From positions 8-24,007 of the forward strand of contig JAUZQK010000064.1 of NCBI GenBank assembly GCA_030951025.1: a DNA stretch of 24,000 bases, given 5' to 3'. The number at the start of each line of letters is the position of its first letter. The first letter of the stretch is position 1. The DNA is from Mariprofundus sp. Lineage in GTDB: Bacteria; Pseudomonadota; Zetaproteobacteria; Mariprofundales; Mariprofundaceae. The notes below the pieces were generated by a model that saw nothing but the letters and a program-made list of their open reading frames with translations, had not been told where the DNA came from and did not search any database. A program made the position numbers and the translations under genes. Shown here piece by piece: positions 9,044-16,189 of this stretch.

Positions 9044-10318
9044 TCAGGAGGCAGCTTCAATCTTGCTGTCTTCGCCATCGCCTTTCAAAAGCAGCAAGGG
9101 TTTGCCTTTATCTTCAACGGCATCGCGATTGACTACGCATTTTTCCACCCCGGTCATGGTTGGAATATCGTACATCACATCGAGCATCACCAATTCCATG
9201 ATGGCACGCAGACCACGCGCACCAGTTTTACGTTTGATGGCTTTTTCAGCAATTGCTTCCAAAGCACCGTCGGTAAAGGATAGTTCAACATGATCATAGG
9301 CCATGAGTGCGCCGTACTGTTTGGTTAAAGCGTTTTTTGGCTCTGTCAGGATGCGTAATAAAGATTCTTTATCCAGCAGGTTTAAGGTGGCAACAGCCGG
9401 CAAGCGACCAACCAGTTCAGGGATCAAACCAAATTTGATCAAGTCTTCCGGTTCAACCTGGCTTAAAATAACACCAATATCTTTTTCATCCTCACTCGAT
9501 ACTGCCGCCCCGAAACCGATAGAGCGTGCCTTACCCTTGGCCTCAATGAGTTTTTCCAAGCCGGCAAAAGCACCGCCGAGGATAAACAGAATATTGGTTG
9601 TATCGACTTGCATAAGCTCTTGTTGCGGGTGTTTGCGGCCACCTTGCGGAGGTACTGCAGCAACCGTACCTTCAATCAGCTTCAATAACGCTTGCTGCAC
9701 ACCTTCACCGGATACATCACGGGTGATTGATGGGCCTTCGGATTTGCGTGAGAGCTTATCGATTTCATCGATGTAAATGATACCGCGCTGAGCTTTTTCG
9801 ATATCACCATCAGCCGCCTGCAACAGTTTCAGGATAATGTTTTCAACATCTTCACCCACATAACCGGCTTCAGTCAGGGTGGTGGCATCAGCCATAACAA
9901 AGGGCACATCAAACACACGCGCCAGAGTTTGAGCCAATAGTGTTTTACCGCAGCCTGTAGGGCCTAGCAGCAACACATTGGATTTGGAGATTTCGACATC
10001 GTTCTTTTCATTGTGATCAATGCGCTTGTAGTGGTTGTACACCGCCACAGATAGCAGCCGTTTGGAGCTTTCCTGGCCAATGACATATTCATCCAGAAAA
10101 GCCTTGATTTCGGTCGGGCGTGGCAGGCCGGTTTCTTCTTTTGTTTCAGATTGATCGTTGCCGGATAGCTCTTCAACGATAATTTCATTGCATAGTTCAA
10201 TGCATTCGTCACAGATGAACACAGTCGGGCCTGCAATAAGTTTTTTGACATCGTGCTGTGATTTACCACAGAACGAGCAGAATAAAGTATTATCGCCGTT
10301 ACTATTCTGTGTCGTCAT
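9044..10318 (-). CDS. clpX: ATP-dependent Clp protease ATP-binding subunit ClpX
   Basis: Zinc-finger [30 protein letters not shown]. Walker [13 protein letters not shown]. Walker [13 protein letters not shown]-loop region RSIGFGA. I prefer the start at 10318 (MTTQNSNGD.., 424 aa) because GGAGG lies 5 nt upstream. This start overlaps the clpP 3' end by 17 nt. Confidence 0.97.
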   Translation of the reverse strand: MTTQNSNGDNTLFCSFCGKSQHDVKKLIAGPTVFICDECIELCNEIIVEELSGNDQSETKEETGLPRPTEIKAFLDEYVIGQESSKRLLSVAVYNHYKRIDHNEKNDVEISKSNVLLLGPTGCGKTLLAQTLARVFDVPFVMADATTLTEAGYVGEDVENIILKLLQAADGDIEKAQRGIIYIDEIDKLSRKSEGPSITRDVSGEGVQQALLKLIEGTVAAVPPQGGRKHPQQELMQVDTTNILFILGGAFAGLEKLIEAKGKARSIGFGAAVSSEDEKDIGVILSQVEPEDLIKFGLIPELVGRLPAVATLNLLDKESLLRILTEPKNALTKQYGALMAYDHVELSFTDGALEAIAEKAIKRKTGARGLRAIMELVMLDVMYDIPTMTGVEKCVVNRDAVEDKGKPLLLLKGDGEDSKIEAAS

Positions 10319-10925
10319 CCGAACCTCCGGCAGCACCGATTTCCGCCCGGGAAGTCAGCACATCATCAACCAAACCGTAATCCTTGGCCTGTTGTGCGGT
10401 CAAGAAATAATCCCGCTCCACATCATCACACAGCTTTTCCAGCGGTTGACCGGTATGCTCAGCCATCATTTCATTCAGACGCTGTTTCAAGCTCAGGATT
10501 TCGCGTGCATGGATTTCAATATCAGTAGCCTGACCCTGAAAACCACCGAGTGGCTGATGAATCATGATGCGTGAATTGGGCAAGGAGAAGCGCTTGCCTT
10601 TAGCGCCTGCGGCCAATAAATGCGCCCCCATGCTGGCGGCCTGGCCGACACAGAGGGTAGAAACATCACAGCGGATATATTGCATGGTGTCGTAAATCGC
10701 CAAGCCTGCGGTAACCAATCCACCGGGGCTATTGATGTACAGATAAATATCTTTATCCGGCCCTTCGGACTCCAGAAACAACAATTGAGCGATCACGAGA
10801 TTGGAGATATGATCATCCACTGGGCCATTCAAAAAGATGATGCGCTCTTTCAGTAAACGGGAAAAGATATCGTAAGAACGCTCTCCCCGCGCAGTATGCT
10901 CAACAACAACCGGAACTAGACTCAT
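10302..10925 (-). CDS. clpP: ATP-dependent Clp protease proteolytic subunit ClpP
   Basis: Catalytic triad contexts GQAASMGA (Ser), IMIHQPLGG (His) and [11 protein letters not shown] (Asp). Short acidic C-terminal tail GGSDDDTE. Confidence 0.97.
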   Translation of the reverse strand: MSLVPVVVEHTARGERSYDIFSRLLKERIIFLNGPVDDHISNLVIAQLLFLESEGPDKDIYLYINSPGGLVTAGLAIYDTMQYIRCDVSTLCVGQAASMGAHLLAAGAKGKRFSLPNSRIMIHQPLGGFQGQATDIEIHAREILSLKQRLNEMMAEHTGQPLEKLCDDVERDYFLTAQQAKDYGLVDDVLTSRAEIGAAGGSDDDTE

Positions 10926-11027
10926 GTATTCTCCTTATCAATCATCATCGCTTTACGATGCAGCGCATGCCCGCTGGGCTTACGCAAAAATCATACCAGA
11001 ATGAATCCGGCTGTTATTCTATTCGAT

Positions 11028-12353
11028 CTATTGTTCTTGCTCAGCCTGCCAGTCGGATAATGATTTGCTGGCGGCTTTTGTTTTGGCCTGTTCAACAATG
11101 TAATTGATGCATTTGCGTTCCAGCAGAGCATCTTTCATGGATGCGATTTGTTCCGGCTGACTTAAAATCCATGTTTTAAACTGCTCACGCTGTTCTTCAG
11201 GATATTGCTGGGACTGACGATCAATTTCGCCATCGAGTTCCGCATCATCGACATGCATATCTGATAACTCACGCACTTGCTGCAACAAAATAGACAGCTT
11301 TAAACCACGCTCGGAACGGGTACGTATTTCCAACTTGAAGGCATCATCTTTAAGCATATCTTCCGGTGCTTCCATGCCTTGCTGCTGCATGTTGTTGAGT
11401 ACACGTTTGGTGGTTTCCTGCATGTCCTGCGCCACCAATGGCTCTGGTAGTTCCATCTCATTGGCTGCAATCAGGGCATCGAGAGCGGCTTCGCGTGTGC
11501 TTGTGAATGAAGCTTGTTCAGCTTCTTCATTCAAGCGGTTCTGTGTATCAGCCTTTAAGGCGGCGGCATCATCAAAGCCAACCATGCCAGCCAGTGCATC
11601 TGCATCTGCAGCGGTGATGGCTTTACCGACCGATTTGATATGCGTTGCAAACACAGCGGCCTTGCCAGCCAAATGTGCAGCCTGATAATCAGCCGGGAAA
11701 CTTACTTCCACAGTCGCATCCTCACCCGCTTTCTTACCAATCAACTGCTCTTCAAAACCCGGAATGAAACGCGCTTCACCGAGCACGAGTGGCACATCTT
11801 CGCCTTTACCACCTTCAAACTCTTCATCATCAATCGAACCAACAAAGTCAATATGTAGCTGGTCGCCATTTTCAGCTGCGCGTTCGGCTTCAACTTCATA
11901 TTTCACCTGCGACTTCATCAAGCGCTCAATTACTTGTTCGATATCGCTGTCTTCAACGCTGACGGTGGTTTCATCAAACTTCAGCGTGCTTAGATCAGCC
12001 AGTTTAACTTCCGGCCATACCGCGACTTTCATGGTGAACTCAAAGCCTTCGGTTGGTTGTACTGCCGGAATATCAATCATGGGCTGTACGGCAGGGTTCA
12101 AACCTGAGGATTCAATAGAAGCGACATAGTGTGTTTGAATCAATTCGGAAACGGTATCTTCATTCAATTTGGAGCCGAATTGTTTTTTGATGACATGGAC
12201 AGGTGTTTTACCTGGACGGAAACCCGGTAATTTGGCTTGCAATGTTAGCTTTTTAATCTGATCTGCATAAATGCGATCATATTCACCCTGGGCTACGGTG
12301 ACACGCACTTCATATTCATGGCTTGCAAGTTCTTTTACATCTGTCTTAATCAT
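11028..12353 (-). CDS. tig: Trigger factor (ribosome-associated peptidyl-prolyl isomerase chaperone)
   Basis: Ribosome-binding signature GFRPGKTPVHVIKKQFG. Central FKBP-like region (DFVGSIDDEEFEGGKGED..LGEARFIPGFEEQLIGKKAG). Positioned upstream of clpPX. The ATG at 12353 (MIKTDVK) has GGAGA 6 nt upstream and is preferred over the ATG at 12365. Confidence 0.95.
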   Translation of the reverse strand: MIKTDVKELASHEYEVRVTVAQGEYDRIYADQIKKLTLQAKLPGFRPGKTPVHVIKKQFGSKLNEDTVSELIQTHYVASIESSGLNPAVQPMIDIPAVQPTEGFEFTMKVAVWPEVKLADLSTLKFDETTVSVEDSDIEQVIERLMKSQVKYEVEAERAAENGDQLHIDFVGSIDDEEFEGGKGEDVPLVLGEARFIPGFEEQLIGKKAGEDATVEVSFPADYQAAHLAGKAAVFATHIKSVGKAITAADADALAGMVGFDDAAALKADTQNRLNEEAEQASFTSTREAALDALIAANEMELPEPLVAQDMQETTKRVLNNMQQQGMEAPEDMLKDDAFKLEIRTRSERGLKLSILLQQVRELSDMHVDDAELDGEIDRQSQQYPEEQREQFKTWILSQPEQIASMKDALLERKCINYIVEQAKTKAASKSLSDWQAEQEQ

Positions 12354-12415
12354 CGAATTCTCCATTCAGTAACATTAAAAACAGGATGCCCTGAAAACAG
12401 AACACCCTGTTGGTA

Positions 12416-12499
12416 TGGTACGAGAGGGGGGACTCGAACCCCCACACCATAGGTACTGGTACCTAAAACCAGCGCGTCTACCAATTCCGCCACCCTCGC
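12416..12499 (-). tRNA. tRNA-Leu (anticodon TAG)
   Basis: The 84-nt reverse complement GCGAGGGTGGCGGAATTGGTAGACGCGCTGGTTTTAGGTACCAGTACCTATGGTGTGGGGGTTCGAGTCCCCCCTCTCGTACCA. Anticodon arm CTGGT-TTTAGGT-ACCAG. Long variable arm typical of class II Leu tRNAs. The acceptor stem includes two G-U pairs. Encoded CCA. Confidence 0.93.
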
Positions 12500-12661
12500 A
12501 TATGTTTAAACAACGTTTCGAAGCTTTGAATAAAAAAAGGAGCAAAGCCAAAGCTTACCCCCTCTTTCCTTACCCTCATTCACTTACCCACTTCAAAACG
12601 GCTGCGAATCATGCCATCGGTCGAAGCGAAATCAAGAATTCACATTTGTAGAACGATGGGG

Positions 12662-12700
12662 AAACAAAAAAGAAGCATCATTATTGAAGGATAATTGCTT
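12662..12700 (-). terminator. Rho-independent terminator after the CBS-domain gene
   Basis: Minus strand: AAGCAATTAT-ccttca-ATAATgaTGCTT (imperfect stem with a 2-nt bulge, 12700-12673), followed by CTTTTTTGTTT. Confidence 0.55.
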
Positions 12701-12702
12701 GA

Positions 12703-13119
12703 TTATGTGCCAATATATTCCTGTAAGCGTGTAATCATGGCTTCTTTTTCATCCAGCATCAGGGCAACCATATCCCGAATGGACACGACACCAACAAAGT
12801 GATCTCCATCAAAAACAATCAAGTGGCGGCAATGGTTTGCTTTCATCAGAGCCAGACAATGCAATACACTTTCATCCGGTTTGACCTTCACCAGCGATTC
12901 ATCGGTGACCGTACCAACGCTGGTTAAGGCAGGATCGAGCCCTTTGCTAATCACCTGAATCATTAAATCGCGTTCGGTAAAAATGCCTTTCACACCGTAG
13001 GCTCCGGTGATCACGATGGAACCGATATAACGCTCGCTCATATACTTTACGGCTTCGAGTACAGAGGCGCTTTCATCGATGCTGGCTACATTGTGTTGGA
13101 TTTGCGAGGTGATTATCAT
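12703..13119 (-). CDS. Stand-alone CBS-pair (Bateman) domain protein
   Basis: 138 aa with two CBS-like repeats (..VLEAVKYMSERYIGSIVIT..GIFTERDL.. and ..VLHCLALMKANHCRHLIVFDGDHFVGVVSIRDM..). AGGAG lies 6 nt upstream of the ATG at 13119. The longer track start at 13203 adds a non-homologous-looking leader. Confidence 0.8.
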   Translation of the reverse strand: MIITSQIQHNVASIDESASVLEAVKYMSERYIGSIVITGAYGVKGIFTERDLMIQVISKGLDPALTSVGTVTDESLVKVKPDESVLHCLALMKANHCRHLIVFDGDHFVGVVSIRDMVALMLDEKEAMITRLQEYIGT

Positions 13120-13306
13120 AAAAACTCCTGCTTTAAATCGCTTGAACTGCATACATAGCTTGCAAGCATGATGATAGACTGCAATGCAATGAAGTACAAT
13201 CAAACGATAACGCGGTTACAGGAGAGTCTTATGAAACTGTTTTTTTACGCTGCGTGTGCGTGTGTGCGGGGGCTTAAAGTGTTTTCACAAACCGCCGCTG
13301 AGATGA

Positions 13307-13471
13307 TCAGTTTATAGCTTCAGCACCCTCTAATGCCCTGTCATTATCAGGTTCAGACTGATAAGGGACATCCATCAAAAAGGCAATATATGATAGTGAA
13401 ATATGCGGGTTCATTTGTGCATATTGCTGCATAATTTCTTTCATATCCAAGCCATTATCGCGTGCAAACAT
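13307..13471 (-). CDS. Small hypothetical protein (54 aa) downstream of the LexA-like repressor
   Basis: ORF with GGAGG 7 nt upstream of the ATG at 13471 (MFARDNGLDMKEIMQQYAQMNPHISLSYIAFLMDVPYQ..). No family recognised. Coding status rests on the SD sequence and ORF length only. Confidence 0.4.
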   Translation of the reverse strand: MFARDNGLDMKEIMQQYAQMNPHISLSYIAFLMDVPYQSEPDNDRALEGAEAIN

Positions 13472-13525
13472 GTGATCACCTCCGAGTTGATTGAGGGCTA
13501 GCATAAGTGTTTATGTGTTATTGGT

Positions 13526-13564
13526 ATGACATCGATATGACAACCAGATGACAGATGAATGTCG
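13526..13564. repeat. Helically phased direct repeats: ATGACA x3 plus a degenerate fourth copy, 11-bp period
   Basis: ATGACA at 13526-13531, 13537-13542 and 13548-13553. ATGTCG at 13559-13564. Spacing is exactly 11 bp. Located in the 77-nt intergenic region between the LexA-like stop (13582) and the small ORF. Confidence 0.5.
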
Positions 13565-13581
13565 CTGCCTTCGCGGATCAT

Positions 13582-14154
13582 TTAGAATTTTCGAAACTGG
13601 CCAACGACTTCGCCATAAATATCGAGTGATGTTTCGGGATAGATATTGGGATAATCTTCATTGGCAGGCTCTAAAAACGGGCCTTTTGAGCCGGTGCGCA
13701 GATACTTGATGGTAAAATCACCATCGACAATGGCCACGACAATTTTGCCGATATTGGGATTGATATTGCGCTCAACAATGAGGAAATCGCCACCATGAAT
13801 GCCGGCATGAATCATCGATTCGCCACGCACTTCAACCAATACCGTGCTGGATGGGTTTTCAACCAGATAGTCATCAATGGTGATGGCATCGCCGAGTGCT
13901 TCGGTGGCAGGGCTAGCAAAACCAGCCGGTGCAACGCCAACATGCGGGCGCGCAAAAAACATATTGGCTGGCGACAAACGACCACCCGGAGCCTTGCTGA
14001 TATAGCCGGCAAAAATCATGCGATCAATAAACTTCACCGCACCCTGTTTGCTGACACCTACCAGTGCGGCTATTTCTGCATAGGATGGAATTAAGCGATG
14101 CAGGGCATAATAATCTTGTAGTCGTCCGAGATAGAAAGGATCTTTATTCACCAT
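13582..14154 (-). CDS. LexA-family repressor (N-terminal winged-HTH, C-terminal S24 self-cleaving peptidase domain)
   Basis: 190 aa. The N-terminus resembles the LexA DNA-binding wHTH (IPSYAEIAALVGVSKQGAVKFIDRMIFAGYISK). Candidate Ala-Gly scissile bond in GVAPAGFASP (A77-G78). Ser nucleophile in VRGESM (S113). Lys in DFTIKYL (K150). It is not the canonical gammaproteobacterial LexA sequence, so it may be a second or accessory paralog. Confidence 0.85.
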   Translation of the reverse strand: MVNKDPFYLGRLQDYYALHRLIPSYAEIAALVGVSKQGAVKFIDRMIFAGYISKAPGGRLSPANMFFARPHVGVAPAGFASPATEALGDAITIDDYLVENPSSTVLVEVRGESMIHAGIHGGDFLIVERNINPNIGKIVVAIVDGDFTIKYLRTGSKGPFLEPANEDYPNIYPETSLDIYGEVVGQFRKF

Positions 14155-14166
14155 GCACGCAGTATG

Positions 14167-14182
14167 GTGTACGTTCGTACAC
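14167..14182. promoter_or_regulatory. Palindromic candidate operator GTGTACG-TT-CGTACAC upstream of the LexA-like gene
   Basis: Perfect 7-bp inverted arms with a 2-bp centre, 12 nt upstream of the ATG at 14154. It has a GTGT-N8-ACAC layout, one change per arm from the CTGT-N8-ACAG SOS box, and contains GTAC-N4-GTAC. No other copy was seen in the window. Confidence 0.5.
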
Positions 14183-14282
14183 TTCGCAAGGGTTGATCAT
14201 TCGTATGATTCATATCCATCCGCATCAATGCTATCAATCTGTGACATTAGGAATATTATAAAGATGAAAAACTACATATGCC

Positions 14283-14299
14283 GAAACGGGCACCGTTTC
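14283..14299 (-). terminator. Possible terminator hairpin after the six-gene operon
   Basis: GAAACGG-gca-CCGTTTC (7-bp stem) located 19 nt past the PhoD-like stop. On the minus strand a TTTTT run follows only after an 11-nt gap, so this is non-canonical. An alternative pairing with CGAACGGG (14309-14316 region) is possible. Confidence 0.3.
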
Positions 14300-14317
14300 C
14301 ATGAATACCCGTTCGCA

Positions 14318-16189
14318 CTAGCTCGGAATCAAATAGGTGAGTTCCTGCAACGCCCCATCAGCCAGAACCGATTTCAATTTCTGTTTGGTTGCGCGCCCCT
14401 CATCAAACCAGACCTGAGCGATATTATTCATACCCGTAATGGCCACATGCTTACCCTCAAGCGATTCCTGCGAAGCCAAAAAGTTATAGCCCTGCACAAG
14501 CTTGCTCTGATCGCCAATCGTGATGCCGGGGTTGGTGTTGTGCAGCGGGCTACTGGTGAGCTGAACTGCGGGAATGCGATTCCCCAGCATCGCCGTCCGT
14601 GCAAAGGAGTAATGCACATCGCCAGATAGAAACGTGACAAAATTCAGTTTGCTCTCCTCCGCCAGCATGGCTTCAAGAGAGCGGAAACCGGCCACCCATG
14701 ATTCTGCATCCAGCGCAGCTAATGAACCGGGGATGAGTTTCATCAGTGATAAAGCCGCGCCCTGCACACCTTCGACAAAGCGAAAGCCAAACACGGGGGT
14801 CGGCGAAATAAGGCAAATCGAATCACAATCCTTTACCGCCTGCTTTATCTCATCAGCCAATTCATCCAAGGCCTCGGCATGCATGAGTTTCGCAGGCTGT
14901 TGATGATAGAGTTTGCGACAAGTGCGCGTATCCATGGCGATCACAGCAGGCTGAGTTGGCGTGGAAAAAAACCATCTACCCGGTTTTGATGCCCAAAGCA
15001 GAGCATCGTACTGTTCCGCATCATCGCCATCATGGCGATGGGCATTTAAATGCTTCTCCAGCAGTTCAATGAAACCTTCGCTAAAGCGCTCAGGGTCATT
15101 CCCCCAAGCCTGAAAAGCCCAATACGATGCCAATGCATTGGCGACAATTCTGCGCGTACGCGGGCTTTTGCCTTGCACTTGCTCAACCCAATCACGGGAA
15201 ATATTCCAGTCATCAGTAACTTCGTGATCGTCACACTGCATATATACCGAAACATTAGCCAATAGTCGGCGCACTTCGGGCAGCGTTTGCGCAAAAGCCT
15301 CCAGATTTTTTTTCTCTTCCCGATAATACCTTTTTGAAATACGATGATTGAACTGGTGTTTGACTGCCTGCCAGTCCTGAAATTCAGGCTTTGCCCCCTG
15401 ACCTCCAAACGCACACAAATACATTGCCGCGTACTCACCAAATGTCATCAGGTGGTTATCCGTCGCCCCCGACGAAAAACCTTCATGCTTACCATTCAGG
15501 TTCCAACTCACCTCTGGAGCCCGGTGATACAGCTCTACGTCGCACACCTTATGTGCATCATTTGCCGTGTGATATCCCCCATCCATCGGCAGCCGCCGAC
15601 GCGGCATGGTCTCATCCCATCCTGTCACGTCTCTGCCGAGCCCTATGAGATGCCAAAGCATGGCTCCACCAACATCATCGGCATAAATCTGATCGCCGGT
15701 CATCAACAGCATGGAAGGGCGATTGACTGAATCATCAATCGTATCACCTACAACCTTGGATCCTGTTGCCAGTTGATCTCGCGAGCCCCAATCACGATGC
15801 ACGGCTGCGGCATGCGGTTTACGGCAAGAGCCATGCAATATATTTTTCAGCTCTCCCGGCACGATAAAGCTGGGATACGATTCGCCCGGATAACAAAAAT
15901 CATCATTACCATGCAACAGGCTGTTAGCATTTTCAATGAGATCGTAGTGCAGAATATTTTCTGCATAGGATGCATCCTGCCAGTCCAGCCAGATGATATG
16001 CACAAACAGGTGTTCGCCCATGCGCGCCGTACGCTGTGTGGATTGAACATTCAAACCATGCAGCGACCCGTCTGCCTTACGCTTAAACACCGCCCCGGAA
16101 AAGTCTCGGGGTTCTGTTGTTGCCACCCATATTGCCACCTTTTGTAGCTCAGTACGCCGCACAATCGGCCCTGCCAGAAAGTCACTCAT
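14318..16189 (-). CDS. PhoD-like metallophosphatase / phosphodiesterase, no Tat or Sec signal (predicted cytoplasmic)
   Basis: 623 aa from the ATG at 16189. PhoD_N-like start GPIVRRTELQKVAIWVAT. Metallophosphatase motifs LHGSCRKPH, LLMTGDQIYADDV, CDDHEVTDDWN and LSGDVHYSF. The ATG overlaps the upstream KAP gene's stop by 8 nt (ATGAGTGA, 16182-16189). Confidence 0.8.
   Translation of the reverse strand: MSDFLAGPIVRRTELQKVAIWVATTEPRDFSGAVFKRKADGSLHGLNVQSTQRTARMGEHLFVHIIWLDWQDASYAENILHYDLIENANSLLHGNDDFCYPGESYPSFIVPGELKNILHGSCRKPHAAAVHRDWGSRDQLATGSKVVGDTIDDSVNRPSMLLMTGDQIYADDVGGAMLWHLIGLGRDVTGWDETMPRRRLPMDGGYHTANDAHKVCDVELYHRAPEVSWNLNGKHEGFSSGATDNHLMTFGEYAAMYLCAFGGQGAKPEFQDWQAVKHQFNHRISKRYYREEKKNLEAFAQTLPEVRRLLANVSVYMQCDDHEVTDDWNISRDWVEQVQGKSPRTRRIVANALASYWAFQAWGNDPERFSEGFIELLEKHLNAHRHDGDDAEQYDALLWASKPGRWFFSTPTQPAVIAMDTRTCRKLYHQQPAKLMHAEALDELADEIKQAVKDCDSICLISPTPVFGFRFVEGVQGAALSLMKLIPGSLAALDAESWVAGFRSLEAMLAEESKLNFVTFLSGDVHYSFARTAMLGNRIPAVQLTSSPLHNTNPGITIGDQSKLVQGYNFLASQESLEGKHVAITGMNNIAQVWFDEGRATKQKLKSVLADGALQELTYLIPS

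Noticed and set aside
10302-10318. 17-nt overlap between the clpP 3' end (acidic tail GGSDDDTE) and the clpX start.
   Set aside because: It depends on the start-site choice, but the GGAGG-supported ATG makes it a plausible case of ordinary translational coupling within a known operon. It is not anomalous enough to report as a finding.
12416-12499. tRNA-Leu as the integration (att) site of the accessory segment.
   Set aside because: The accessory DNA lies on the 5' side of the tRNA, not at its 3' end. I found no partial duplicate of the tRNA 3' half near 22.0-22.1 kb and no integrase gene.
14153-14629. 158-aa plus-strand ORF diverging from the LexA-like gene.
   Set aside because: Its first codons overlap the LexA-like start and the operator region. 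The remainder is antisense to the 3' end of the well-supported PhoD-like gene, and the translation looks like a shadow frame.
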